Shown one piece after another: positions 1 to 9,348 of a DNA stretch of 64,000 bases. Position 1 is the first letter of the stretch. Each line of letters opens with the position of its first letter. The notes under the pieces are model-generated. The model was not told the DNA's origin, ran no database searches, and saw only the letters and a program-made list of their open reading frames with translations. Both the position numbers and the translations under genes were made by a program. Source of the DNA: Lachnospiraceae bacterium. Lineage in GTDB: Bacteria; Bacillota; Clostridia; Lachnospirales; Lachnospiraceae. Where the stretch lies: positions 50,256-114,255 of the forward strand of contig JAZQDC010000013.1 in assembly GCA_045546575.1 (NCBI GenBank), in the 5' to 3' direction.

Positions 1-90
1 CGCTTACGCTTCCGAGGCTCCTCCAATCAGCGTCTCATTGACATGCCGAAGACCCTAGAGACCGGCAGTGTGGTGCTGTGGGACAAGTAG
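1..90 (+). CDS. 3' end of an upstream gene (C-terminal fragment, product unknown)
   Basis: Open frame runs from the window edge to a TAG at 88-90. It is followed by a terminator-like hairpin. Confidence 0.3.
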   Translation, partial: RLRFRGSSNQRLIDMPKTLETGSVVLWDK

Positions 91-101
91 AAGATTGAGA
101 T

Positions 102-163
102 ATAAGAAGATGACCGACTGTCGCAGGAAACTGCGGTAGCCGGTCATTTTTGCTTGGTCTTAT
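102..163 (+). repeat. About 62-bp direct repeat, copy 1: hairpin GACCGACTGTCGCAGG...CTGCGGTAGCCGGTC followed by a T-run (terminator-like)
   Basis: Near-identical copy at 1628-1697. The two copies bracket the DUF4143 ATPase gene. Confidence 0.8.
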
Positions 164-261
164 GGGATGCGAAAGAGCATCCACGAACAGATGATAGATG
201 ATATAAAATATGGAAAAGCAGATTTTTAAGTCCGAAAAAATCTGAAATTCATAGATTTTTC

Positions 262-291
262 TTGACTTAAAAATCAGAGAGATGCTATACT
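262..291 (+). promoter_or_regulatory. Sigma-70-like promoter (TTGACT, 18-bp spacer, TATACT) upstream of the AAA ATPase gene
   Basis: Hexamers read directly from the sequence. Followed by RBS AGGAGG and the ATG at 321. Confidence 0.55.
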
Positions 292-320
292 AACTTTAGA
301 AAGTCGATAGGAGGTGTGAT

Positions 321-1613
321 ATGAAACGAAGAGCAATGCAGTGGTTAATCCAATGGAAAGAAGAAACCGAAAGGAAACCGTTGATTCTTAACGGTGCGCG
401 ACAAGTGGGTAAGACGTATTTGCTCCGAGAATTCGGTAGAGAACATTTTGCCGATGTTTTATATGTGAATCTCGAGAGTAATCACGAGATAGCACGCTTA
501 TTTGATGATGATATTACTCCGACACGTCTGCTTCGATATCTAGAGGCTGCTACGGCGCAGAGAATTATTCCGGGGGAGACTCTGATTATATTGGATGAGG
601 TTCAGGCATGCGAGAGGGCAGTTACTTCCCTTAAGTATTTCTGCGAGGAGGCTTCGGAGTATCACGTAGTGGCGGCAGGAAGTCTGTTGGGCGTTGCACT
701 GCATCACGGTGGAGGCTCATTTCCTGTGGGAAAGGTTACGACATATACGTTGCACCCGTTGGATTTCGAAGAGTATCTATGGGCGGTTGGGGAGGAACTT
801 CTGTGGGAAGAGATTCGTGCACATGGTGAGACTTTGACACCGATGCACGAGACCTTGCACCGGAGAGCGTTGGAACGATATCGAGAGTACCTAATCGTAG
901 GCGGAATGCCGGAGGCAGTAAAGCGATATGTACAGAGTGGGTCATACATCGAAGCGTCTCTGGCGCAGTCGGAGATACTGGATAACTATGTGGCAGATAT
1001 GGCAAAGTATGCAACCAATTCGGAAGCGGTGAAGATTCGAGCATGTTACAATTCGATTCCCGCACAGCTTGCCAAGGACAATAAGAAATTTCAGTACAAG
1101 GTAGTTCAGAAGGGCGGTTCCGCCACAATCTTCGGAGCTTCTCTTGAATGGTTGAAGCAAGCGGGTGTAATCCTCGAATGCCAGCGTGTGGAGCAAGGAT
1201 TGCAACCCCTGCCTGCATATGCGGATCAGACCGCATTTAAGGTATATATGTCCGATGTGGGTCTGCTTGTGAACAAATCCGGTATGATGCCCGGCGCAGT
1301 GCTTATGGGAGAGAACAATTTGTACATGGGTGCCATCACGGAGAACTACGTGGCACAGCAGTTAGCGGCTAAGGGTGATGCGCTCTATTATTGGGCACCG
1401 GAGAATTCTCAGGCGGAGCTTGATTTTCTTGTACAGAGGCGGGAGGAAATGTTCTGCATAGAGGTGAAAGCAGGAGAACACGTACGTTCCCGGAGTCTCG
1501 GAATGTTTGTAAAGAAGTACGAACCGACAAGAGCAATACGTCTCTCCACGAAGAATTTCGGCAAGGCGGAGGAAGTGATTTCGGTGCCGTTGTACGCCAC
1601 ATTCTTGCTGTAA
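321..1613 (+). CDS. AAA+ family ATPase with C-terminal DUF4143 (archaeal-ATPase-like ATP-binding protein)
   Basis: Walker A NGARQVGKTYL and Walker B IILDEVQ. The overall architecture is typical of the DUF4143 ATPase family. A paralog lies at 10485-11816. Confidence 0.85.
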   Translation: MKRRAMQWLIQWKEETERKPLILNGARQVGKTYLLREFGREHFADVLYVNLESNHEIARLFDDDITPTRLLRYLEAATAQRIIPGETLIILDEVQACERAVTSLKYFCEEASEYHVVAAGSLLGVALHHGGGSFPVGKVTTYTLHPLDFEEYLWAVGEELLWEEIRAHGETLTPMHETLHRRALERYREYLIVGGMPEAVKRYVQSGSYIEASLAQSEILDNYVADMAKYATNSEAVKIRACYNSIPAQLAKDNKKFQYKVVQKGGSATIFGASLEWLKQAGVILECQRVEQGLQPLPAYADQTAFKVYMSDVGLLVNKSGMMPGAVLMGENNLYMGAITENYVAQQLAAKGDALYYWAPENSQAELDFLVQRREEMFCIEVKAGEHVRSRSLGMFVKKYEPTRAIRLSTKNFGKAEEVISVPLYATFLL

Positions 1614-1627
1614 GTATGAACATGCGG

Positions 1628-1697
1628 ATAGGAAGATGAATAAATGACCGACTGTCGCAGGAAACTGCGGTGGCCGGTCATTTTTGCTTGGTCTTAT
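1628..1697 (+). repeat. Direct repeat, copy 2 (terminator-like hairpin plus T-run)
   Basis: Same hairpin sequence as 102-163 with one substitution and a 5-bp insertion. Confidence 0.8.
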
Positions 1698-1716
1698 TAA
1701 TAAATAGTGCACATAT

Positions 1717-2268
1717 CTAAGGACAGATACTCTCCACATGGTACGTCTCGCCGCTCATAAGCTCCTTCCACGCAAAGGTCCCGTCCTCGTACACCATGTA
1801 GCTCTTCTTGCTACCCTCCTTGGGAATGGAGGTGGAGCCGGGATTGAAGATGCGCACGCCGTCCACCGTGTTCCAAGTGGGAATGTGGGTGTGCCCATGC
1901 AGAAGAATGGTGTCGGTGCCCTGTAGCAGTGGCAGCAGGGCATCATTATGATGTCCGTGGGTTGCATATACCGTGCAGGATTCCAGTGGCAGCAGGGCAT
2001 AGTCCGCAAGAATGGGGAAATGAAGCACCATCTGATCTACTTCGCAGTCGCAATTACCGCGGACGCAGAAAATCTTATCTTTCTTGGCGTTCAGAAGGGA
2101 AATGACCTCTTTCGGTGCGTACTCCCGGGGCAGGTCATTTCGCGGGCCGTGGTACAGAATGTCCCCGAGAAGCAGAAGCTTGTCAGCACGTTCCTCTTGG
2201 AAACGGGCCAGTAGCGCACGGCAAGCCGAGGCGGAGCCGTGGATATCGGATGCAATCAGTAGTTTCAT
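1717..2268 (-). CDS. yfcE: YfcE-family metallophosphoesterase / phosphodiesterase
   Basis: MKLLIASDIHGS...LLGDILYHGPRN...GNCD...GHTH motifs of the calcineurin-like phosphoesterase fold. Confidence 0.85.
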   Translation of the reverse strand: MKLLIASDIHGSASACRALLARFQEERADKLLLLGDILYHGPRNDLPREYAPKEVISLLNAKKDKIFCVRGNCDCEVDQMVLHFPILADYALLPLESCTVYATHGHHNDALLPLLQGTDTILLHGHTHIPTWNTVDGVRIFNPGSTSIPKEGSKKSYMVYEDGTFAWKELMSGETYHVESICP

Positions 2269-3170
2269 ACAATCGTACCTCCCGAGGATTCATTTTCAAC
2301 ATCGTGATTCAGTAGTTCTGCCATAGAGCGTTGCAGAAATTCGTAGAAATCGTTGACGTTCTTATTGTCGGCCTTATTTTCAAGCTTGGTAATAACAATA
2401 TCACGGCGACATACGGGGTTGGCGATAGGAAGCAGTACAACATCATCACTCTCTAACTTGCCCCAAGTATACTCCGGCCAGAAGCCAATGCCTAAGTTGG
2501 CGGCGATGAGGTTTCGAACCGAAGTGGGATTGTCACTTTCGAAAATGATCTTCGGAGCGAAGCCTGCCTGCTTGCAGAAGCGGTCGCAAATGGCACGGAA
2601 TTGCTTGGAGCCTCCAAGGCTGATGAACCCTTCCTCCGCCACGTCTTCCAAATTGATAAATTTCAGGCGACCGAACTGACTGTTTCGTGGCACGGCAAGA
2701 AAGATTTCTTCGTGAAATGAGCAGGCCGAGGGGGTGGCATCATTTTGGAAGAACAGTTTCGTGCTGACGCAGATATCATACATCTCCTCGTTCTCGCTCT
2801 GTAGCAGCTGGAAGTTTACCGAGGGGTGCGCCTGTTTGTACCGAATAATTGCGTCCGTAATGGCGGTGGAAGCGGCTAGCACGTTGATGTGAATGGTTTC
2901 ATTTTCCAGATGTGCCATGGCGCGTAAGCGCTCCGGTAGCCCTTCCAAAGTGTCCATAACCGGCAGGAGCTGTGCTTGCAGATACTTGCCGTATTCGGTG
3001 ATGGCGATGTTTCGGCCCCGTTGTACGAATAAGGGCACGCCCAGCTCCTTCTCCAAGCGATGGATGGATTGTGTCAGTGCCGGTTGGGCAATGTTTAATT
3101 TGCGGGCAGTTGCCGTCACCTTCTGACTCTCTGCTACCGCAAGAAAATAGCGAAGTTGTGTGAACTCCAT
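2265..3170 (-). CDS. LysR-family transcriptional regulator
   Basis: N-terminal HTH (QLRYFLAVAE...TATARKLNIAQPALTQSI) and a C-terminal substrate-binding domain. Confidence 0.9.
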   Translation of the reverse strand: MEFTQLRYFLAVAESQKVTATARKLNIAQPALTQSIHRLEKELGVPLFVQRGRNIAITEYGKYLQAQLLPVMDTLEGLPERLRAMAHLENETIHINVLAASTAITDAIIRYKQAHPSVNFQLLQSENEEMYDICVSTKLFFQNDATPSACSFHEEIFLAVPRNSQFGRLKFINLEDVAEEGFISLGGSKQFRAICDRFCKQAGFAPKIIFESDNPTSVRNLIAANLGIGFWPEYTWGKLESDDVVLLPIANPVCRRDIVITKLENKADNKNVNDFYEFLQRSMAELLNHDVENESSGGTIV

Positions 3171-3348
3171 ACGTTAACTCCTTTGTGAATATAGCAATAT
3201 ATAATATCGAAGTTATTGAAAATGATGGATATGTGTTATTGATTGGTTGTAACTTGTAAAAATCATATTGCACATATTATTAAAAACATAAATATTATAT
3301 ATTTGAAATTATGAAAAGTCAATGCTATTGTAAAGGTGCAAAGAGAAA

Positions 3349-3687
3349 ATGAGTGAACAAGGAGACAAGACTATGGAAGAAATTATGGAAACTTTGATGT
3401 TGGTGTGCTTCGGCATATCTTGGCCTATGAACGTGGCGAAGAATTATAAGGCAAGAACGGCCAAGGGTATGAGCCTATCCTTCACGCTACTGATTATCTC
3501 CGGCTATATTGCGGGAATCGGGGCGAAGCTACTCTCCGGAGCATTTAACTATGTATTGATTGTGTACCTTCTGAACTTGGCAATGGTATCGCTGAATATT
3601 GTGATTTACATCCGCAACCGTCGCTTGGATATGGCAAATGAGGCGGAAGTGGCAGTCGCACATCGGAGATTCGCGCATTTTACGTGA
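3349..3687 (+). CDS. Small 3-TM membrane protein (PQ-loop/SemiSWEET-like or LAB_N-like; uncertain)
   Basis: 112 aa with three hydrophobic helices and a conserved-looking WP...KNYK motif after TM1. Confidence 0.5.
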   Translation: MSEQGDKTMEEIMETLMLVCFGISWPMNVAKNYKARTAKGMSLSFTLLIISGYIAGIGAKLLSGAFNYVLIVYLLNLAMVSLNIVIYIRNRRLDMANEAEVAVAHRRFAHFT

Positions 3688-3918
3688 TGCGCTACTGTGT
3701 TTGAAGTACACCCTAGGACAACATAAGAAATTTTTCGGATAAAACTCCGTGCCACACGAAATCTACTTGACTCGTAGCAAGAAGTGTGATAATTTGGAAT
3801 TAGAGGAGGCTGTTGATTCGATGAAAGTTATGAGTAGAGCCCCTAGTGATGAAGGGTTAGACGCATAGCGTTTCATTTGCAGGTAATGTAAGGGATATAG
3901 TGTTCCGGGGGAAGACAA

Positions 3919-4986
3919 ATGAGAATGAATAACAAAGGAAAATATGTAGTGCTAATATTAGCAAGCCTGTTTCTGTTCGTCGCTTGCAGTGCCAGAGAAC
4001 AGAACCAGCCGACACCGGCCCCTTCGGCTACGCCAACAGTAATGATTCCGAATATAATGATAGAGACACCGACTCCAACGCCGACAATCGATCCGTATTG
4101 TGGAATACGGAAAAATTGGTTGGAGGAGCGATTGGAGGGGTACGAGATTATATATACTGTAACTGGCCGTAGTTCTGTAAAAGAAGACTGGTCCACTGAT
4201 CCACAAGCCACGGGTACACGTGGAGAACTGAATTCGGTGGAAGAACGTATACTAAGTGGAGAGTTGGTGCGTTTGGAGAGTGGCATTGAGCTTGACCTAG
4301 ACGGTAATGGGAGGAGAGAGCGAATTGTTTTTGACGAGAATCAAAAGACAGTGAATTCACCTTTGAAAATCGGGTTCATGGAGCACTTGACTACGGAATA
4401 CGATTGTCTTTTCACCGGAAATATATATGGAGTGTGTCTCGATGAGGGCAAGAGGATTACTCTTCTAATAGAGCAGACAAATACATTTGAGGGCTCTTAC
4501 TCTGATAGGTCTTTTTTATATACGGTTTTCCATTATTATCAGGTTGATGGTATCTACGGATACAAGGTTGAACGTCATTTCTGGTCGGAAGAAATGCCGA
4601 TTCAGCCGGAGACATGGGATACGATGTATGACGGGAAGGCGATAACTTGTGGCAAGGATATTTTCTTGATTGACACTTGGGAAGAAGACGGAGAACAGTA
4701 TCCGGTACTGTTTCATTTTCGTCAGGGCATGCACCCGGTAGGGCGATTTGCAACAGTTCAGACAGATGTATTTTCATACAATGAATATACAAAGGAATTG
4801 GATGCCTACATTCCGGCAGGGAACAAGGTCTATGTAATTGCGCAAAATGATGAATGGTTGTATGTTGCTGATTGCAAGTACACGGCAGAAGCATATGTAA
4901 AGATTAGTGACGACGGTGGCGAAACCATTGTCCACGCACCTCAGAAGGTGACATTAGAGGAAGCGTTGGTATACGAGGAAGAATAA
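3919..4986 (+). CDS. Lipoprotein with Pro/Thr-rich linker and C-terminal SH3b-like domain (paralog A)
   Basis: Signal peptide with lipobox LFVAC, PT-rich linker, and a C-terminal 95 aa identical to paralog B at 6328-7434. Confidence 0.8.
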   Translation: MRMNNKGKYVVLILASLFLFVACSAREQNQPTPAPSATPTVMIPNIMIETPTPTPTIDPYCGIRKNWLEERLEGYEIIYTVTGRSSVKEDWSTDPQATGTRGELNSVEERILSGELVRLESGIELDLDGNGRRERIVFDENQKTVNSPLKIGFMEHLTTEYDCLFTGNIYGVCLDEGKRITLLIEQTNTFEGSYSDRSFLYTVFHYYQVDGIYGYKVERHFWSEEMPIQPETWDTMYDGKAITCGKDIFLIDTWEEDGEQYPVLFHFRQGMHPVGRFATVQTDVFSYNEYTKELDAYIPAGNKVYVIAQNDEWLYVADCKYTAEAYVKISDDGGETIVHAPQKVTLEEALVYEEE

Positions 4987-4992
4987 TTAATA

Positions 4993-5030
4993 GAGGCTTG
5001 TCCCGTAATCGGTGACAAGCCTCTTTTTTT
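4993..5030 (+). terminator. Rho-independent terminator (GAGGCTTGTC...GACAAGCCTC followed by T8)
   Basis: Perfect 10-bp stem followed by a T-run. Duplicated at 7441-7480. Confidence 0.85.
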
Positions 5031-5337
5031 GCTCTGCTAATTGGCATAACTCGCCGTAGAAGATACGGTCGAAAAGCCGTTTCCTTCGGGAAAGAAAGCA
5101 GAATATTTGAACTACTTTGTTTTCGACATGAAAAATGCAATTAATTATTACACAAATATTATATTTTCAAACAAAACAGGGAGGATGATTGACTTGTGAC
5201 TGAAAATATGATAATCTGGATTTGTAAAAAGAAAGAAGTGATTCCGTTGAAGTAGGAAAGTAAGTCGTAAAAGTGTTGCTAATTATGTGAGGGTTTATTG
5301 TCCGAAGAGACAGAAGATAATGGGAGGAGGCAGAATT

Positions 5338-6294
5338 ATGGCTGTAACGAGTTGTACTGTACGTTTTTCTAATGTAGGTGGCGGAACGGGGTCTTTGCCG
5401 ACACACAAAGACTATGTCGATGTAAGTGGATTGAAAGAAAATTCGGTTGTATTTGTGAAAGTGAATGACCTAAGAGATTATCTGGGCTGCACATTGACCG
5501 GAGGCGGCAATGCAATTGTAATCCAGCGAAATGGGCAGATCGTTGAGTTGACGGTGGGGAGTACCGCAATGGAGACGAACATCGGTTATTTTGTGAAGAA
5601 TTACCAGACCGGCGCCATGGTATCATATAGTTTTCAGTAGCAGTCGGTACTTCCGGCCGCTCCCTTTGTACATACGGATGGGTACAAATATGTTCCCGCG
5701 GAGATGGTTGCCATGCAGTTAGGTGCGTTGATTGTAGGAACATATGATTCTAAGTATACTATATATGACTTTTGCGTAAATGGGAGCACTCCTTTGACCG
5801 ATACGAATACCTACATTGTTGGTGGTACGTGGATGACAAATTGGAATACGATAGCAAGCACGTATATTGCACCGCATTTTAAGATTAGCGAGGTGTACAG
5901 TAAGAATAGCAGTTATTCTGGATATCGGCAGTTGAAGATTGCAGTATCCTTGCTGGATTCTTTGGAGGCGGTAAGGCATTATTATAGAGCTGACGAGAGT
6001 TTGACAGTGTCTTGTGCGTTTCGCTCTTGGGGATATAACAAAGGGTTATCAGGAAGTTGGGATAGGAGCTTTCATATGAGAGGGCGTGCCTACGATATTG
6101 ATTCCGATCATCATGGAACAACACTATATTCTGCCGTATATGAGGAATTTTGTAATGGAGAAACTACTCCGGATCATTCCGGTGTGCGTTGCCATACGGG
6201 TTTTGGAGAACAAAAAGAAGTGTGGGCAATTCTAAGGGATATGAGATCGAAACGATGCCACGCAACGGGGTTACGTGGTTACATTTGCAGGTGA
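5338..6294 (+). pseudogene. Peptidase M15 (VanY/L-Ala-D-Glu peptidase-like) with two N-terminal copper-amine-oxidase-N-like cell-wall-binding repeats. Interrupted by a single in-frame TAG at 5638-5640.
   Basis: ORFs 5287-5640 and 5704-6294 are in the same frame, separated only by the TAG. The read-through sequence is continuous domain sequence (...VSYSFQ*QSVLPAAPFVHTDGYKYVP...). The C-terminal part has the M15 metal motif SWGYNKG...HMRGRAYDID...DHH. RBS GGAGGAGG precedes the ATG at 5338. Confidence 0.6.
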
Positions 6295-6327
6295 AGCCGG
6301 AATATAATTCATCTGAGGAGGAGGGAA

Positions 6328-7434
6328 ATGATTATGAAGAAAAGAGGACCTAAGCGAAGACTTGCCATACCGATATTGGTAGCACTACTTTGTCTGACCG
6401 CCTGCAGTGCCAGAGAACAGAACCAACCGACGCCCGAACCTTCTGCCACGCCTACGGTAATGATTCCGAATGTAGTGATAGAGACACCGACTCCAACGCC
6501 AACGCCGACAGCAGACCCGTATTGTGGAATTCGGCGGACCTGGCTGGAAGCGGTTGTGAAAAATGGGTTTACCATTTCCCCACCGGCAATAAGAAGAGGT
6601 GACGGTTCCACGGAAGAGTTGACAGACACTGTTGCGACAGGAGAACGAGAGAATCCAAATTCTATGGAAGAGCAAATTCTGAGTGGAGAGGCCGTGTTGC
6701 TCAAAAGTGGCGTAGAGATTGACCTTGATGGAAACGGGACAAGAGAAGAGATTCGCTTCGGATCTGAAAAGGACAGGGCCGAGTTCTGTGTCGGTCCATT
6801 TTCGTATACAACTAGGTATGGGCTGTGGTTTACGGGAAATGTGTATGGAGTATGTTTGCAAACCCATGACAATCAGTTTCTTGTGGTAGTGGAATACACA
6901 GATATGTATGATGAACAGTGGCCAAAGGGATATATATATTCGATGTACGTATACAGACAACAAGAGCAAGACACTTGCTGGGGTGGCTGGATGTCGGATT
7001 ATGAAACCAGTGAGCTTGTCGGACTCTCCTTCTCGCCGGAGGGATGGGAGGGGAATTGTGAGGGATGCAGTTTCTCTTCTAATGGACAGCAATATATGTA
7101 TATGACATGGCAAGAAGATGTGTCATGGCAAGAGAGCAAATGCTATTATGCACAGATATTTGCGGTTCCCGATGGCATGCAACCGGTAGGGCGATTTGCA
7201 ACAGTTCAGACAGATGTATTTTCATACAATGAATATACAAAGGAATTGGATGCCTACATTCCGGCAGGGAACAAGGTCTATGTAATTGCGCAAAATGATG
7301 AATGGTTGTATGTTGCCGATTGCAAGTACACGGCAGAAGCATATGTAAAGATTAGTGACGACGGTGGCGAAACCATTGTCCACGCACCTCAGAAGGTGAC
7401 ATTAGAGGAAGCGTTGGTATACGAGGAAGAATAA
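6328..7434 (+). CDS. Lipoprotein with PT-rich linker and C-terminal SH3b-like domain (paralog B)
   Basis: Lipobox LTAC. The N-terminal linker and C-terminal 95 aa are near-identical to paralog A; the central about 200 aa are divergent. Confidence 0.8.
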   Translation: MIMKKRGPKRRLAIPILVALLCLTACSAREQNQPTPEPSATPTVMIPNVVIETPTPTPTPTADPYCGIRRTWLEAVVKNGFTISPPAIRRGDGSTEELTDTVATGERENPNSMEEQILSGEAVLLKSGVEIDLDGNGTREEIRFGSEKDRAEFCVGPFSYTTRYGLWFTGNVYGVCLQTHDNQFLVVVEYTDMYDEQWPKGYIYSMYVYRQQEQDTCWGGWMSDYETSELVGLSFSPEGWEGNCEGCSFSSNGQQYMYMTWQEDVSWQESKCYYAQIFAVPDGMQPVGRFATVQTDVFSYNEYTKELDAYIPAGNKVYVIAQNDEWLYVADCKYTAEAYVKISDDGGETIVHAPQKVTLEEALVYEEE

Positions 7435-7440
7435 TTAACA

Positions 7441-7480
7441 GAGGCTTGTCCCGTAATCGGTGACAAGCCTCTTTGTTGTT
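7441..7480 (+). terminator. Rho-independent terminator (duplicate of 4993-5030). Bidirectional with the convergent glucosidase gene.
   Basis: Same stem sequence; it sits between the convergent stops at 7434 and 7482. Confidence 0.8.
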
Positions 7481-7481
7481 T

Positions 7482-9044
7482 CTACACCTGATAGATCAGC
7501 ACCGTCTGCCCTGCAATCTCACCGGTATAGGAACAGCCCTCAACCGTCTGTTCTATACCCTTCACCTGTTGCCAGATGAGCTTCGGCGTGGTTCCTTCCG
7601 GTAGCTCGAAGGTCATCTTCGCCGCATTTGCCGACGGGTTCACGCATACTAAGAGGCGCTCGCCTTCTGCCTCGCGTAAGTAGCATAGCGGGTAGCCCTG
7701 GGACTGAAGGAATTCGATGGTACCGCAGTTGCCCAGAGCCGGATGTGCCTTGCGTAGTGCGATGATGCGCTGAAGCTCGCTTCGAATGGACTGCGGGTCA
7801 TTTGTCTGGGACTCTGCATCCGGGCGGTCAGGGGTCGAATCAACGGGAAGATACAGTGCTTCGGGTTCTGCTGTAGAGAATCCCGCATTTGCACTATTGT
7901 CCCACTGCATGGGCGTGCGAGCACCGGTGCGACCGTAACCGCCTTCCTTAGAGGTCAGGCCTTCTACGTAGCGCATGCCGATTTCGTCCCCGTAGTACAA
8001 AAACGGCGCGCCGGGCATGGTATAGAGAAAGGCAAATGCCAGTTTGATTTCCTCGGGACTGAGGGTTCGCGCCAGGCGGTCCATATCGTGGTTGCCGGAG
8101 GGAATGCAGATAAGTCCTTCCCCGGCGGAAGCCTTCTTGTAGCTCTCCAAGTAACGCTTCACAAATGCACTGCAGTCTCCTCTTCCCCGGGAAGAGAAGT
8201 AAGGCTCCTCACAGCGGAACAGGTCGTTGTAATGAGAGGGACCGAAATGCAGAAGAAAGTCCATGTGGAAACCTGCGGCCAAGGATTTGTCCGGCTCGCC
8301 CCACTCGGATACCATCACCGCATTCGGAAATTCTTCTTCGAGAAATGCGCGAAAATCCTGCCATAACGCAATGGTTCCGGTGCTTGTTTCGTCGTCTCCC
8401 TTTACAAGAGAGCCGGCCATGTCTACGCGGAAACCGTCGCAGCCATTGCTGAGCCAGAAGCGCATGACGTCTTTAATGGCTTCTCTTGTGGCCATGGGAC
8501 CCGGTGCGTCCATAGGTTGCTGCCAGCTCTCCGTAGGATTCAGAAAGCCGTAATTCAGCGCAGGCTGTGTAGAGAAGAAATTCACCGCTGCACTGCCGTC
8601 ACGGTCGCTGATGCCGCGAATGCAGGGGAGATAGGGATCGGTGGAGGTCCAGATGGAATCCGACCAGATGTAGCGGTGGGAATACTCATTTTCCTCTGCT
8701 TTCATGGACTCACGGAACCAAGCATGTTCCACGGAGGTGTGGCCGGGAACCAAGTCCAGAAGCACGTGCATGCCCCGTTTGTGGGCCTCGTCAAACAAAC
8801 GCACCAGGTCTTCGTTGGTGCCGTAGCGGGGTGCCACCAGTTTGTAGTCCCGCACGTCATAGCCCGCATCGCCAAAGGGCGAATCAAAGCAGGGATTCAA
8901 CCAAATGGCGTTGCAACCCAAGTCCTTAATGTAGTCCAATTTCTCGATAATTCCGTTAAAATCCCCGATTCCGTCACCATTTGTGTCGCGAAAGGATTGG
9001 GGATAGATTTCATAAAACACAGCGTCTTTCAACCAAGCATTCAT
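7482..9044 (-). CDS. GH13 alpha-glucosidase / oligo-1,6-glucosidase family
   Basis: MNAWLKDAVFYEIYPQSFRDTNGDGIGDFNGIIEKLDYIKDLGCNAIWLNP is the classic GH13 subfamily N-terminus. RBS AAGGAGG precedes the ATG at 9044. Confidence 0.9.
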   Translation of the reverse strand: MNAWLKDAVFYEIYPQSFRDTNGDGIGDFNGIIEKLDYIKDLGCNAIWLNPCFDSPFGDAGYDVRDYKLVAPRYGTNEDLVRLFDEAHKRGMHVLLDLVPGHTSVEHAWFRESMKAEENEYSHRYIWSDSIWTSTDPYLPCIRGISDRDGSAAVNFFSTQPALNYGFLNPTESWQQPMDAPGPMATREAIKDVMRFWLSNGCDGFRVDMAGSLVKGDDETSTGTIALWQDFRAFLEEEFPNAVMVSEWGEPDKSLAAGFHMDFLLHFGPSHYNDLFRCEEPYFSSRGRGDCSAFVKRYLESYKKASAGEGLICIPSGNHDMDRLARTLSPEEIKLAFAFLYTMPGAPFLYYGDEIGMRYVEGLTSKEGGYGRTGARTPMQWDNSANAGFSTAEPEALYLPVDSTPDRPDAESQTNDPQSIRSELQRIIALRKAHPALGNCGTIEFLQSQGYPLCYLREAEGERLLVCVNPSANAAKMTFELPEGTTPKLIWQQVKGIEQTVEGCSYTGEIAGQTVLIYQV

Positions 9045-9210
9045 GGGAAAGTCCTCCTTACATAGGTTCTGCATTTACTATAAGATATTTTTGCAGAAGA
9101 TGCAAATAAAACGACAGGGCAATTGTTCCGCTCGGAGTTGTAGAAATTGGCATGGACAAAAAAATAAAAAACAATTGACAAATGAAACGAAATCCTTTAG
9201 AATGTACGCA

Positions 9211-9226
9211 GTTAGCACGAGCTAAC
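9211..9226. promoter_or_regulatory. Palindromic operator-like site GTTAGCACGAGCTAAC
   Basis: Inverted repeat TTAGC-N4-GCTAA in the divergent intergenic region. Second copy at 9304-9319. Confidence 0.4.
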
Positions 9227-9303
9227 CAACAAGAAGGCAGAGGAGATTGTCTTTCGGAATATACATAATTACATGCCGAAGGGCAATTCATTTTTACATG
9301 ATA

Positions 9304-9319
9304 GTTAGCATACGCTAAC
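9304..9319. promoter_or_regulatory. Palindromic operator-like site GTTAGCATACGCTAAC
   Basis: Same half-sites as 9211-9226, located directly upstream of the DUF2325 gene. Confidence 0.4.
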
Positions 9320-9348
9320 TATTGATGGTCGATAACGTAGGAGGATTT

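Noticed and set aside
8088-9065. Plus-strand ORFs of 92-182 aa within the glucosidase region
   Set aside because: Antisense or alternative-frame shadows of the GH13 gene.
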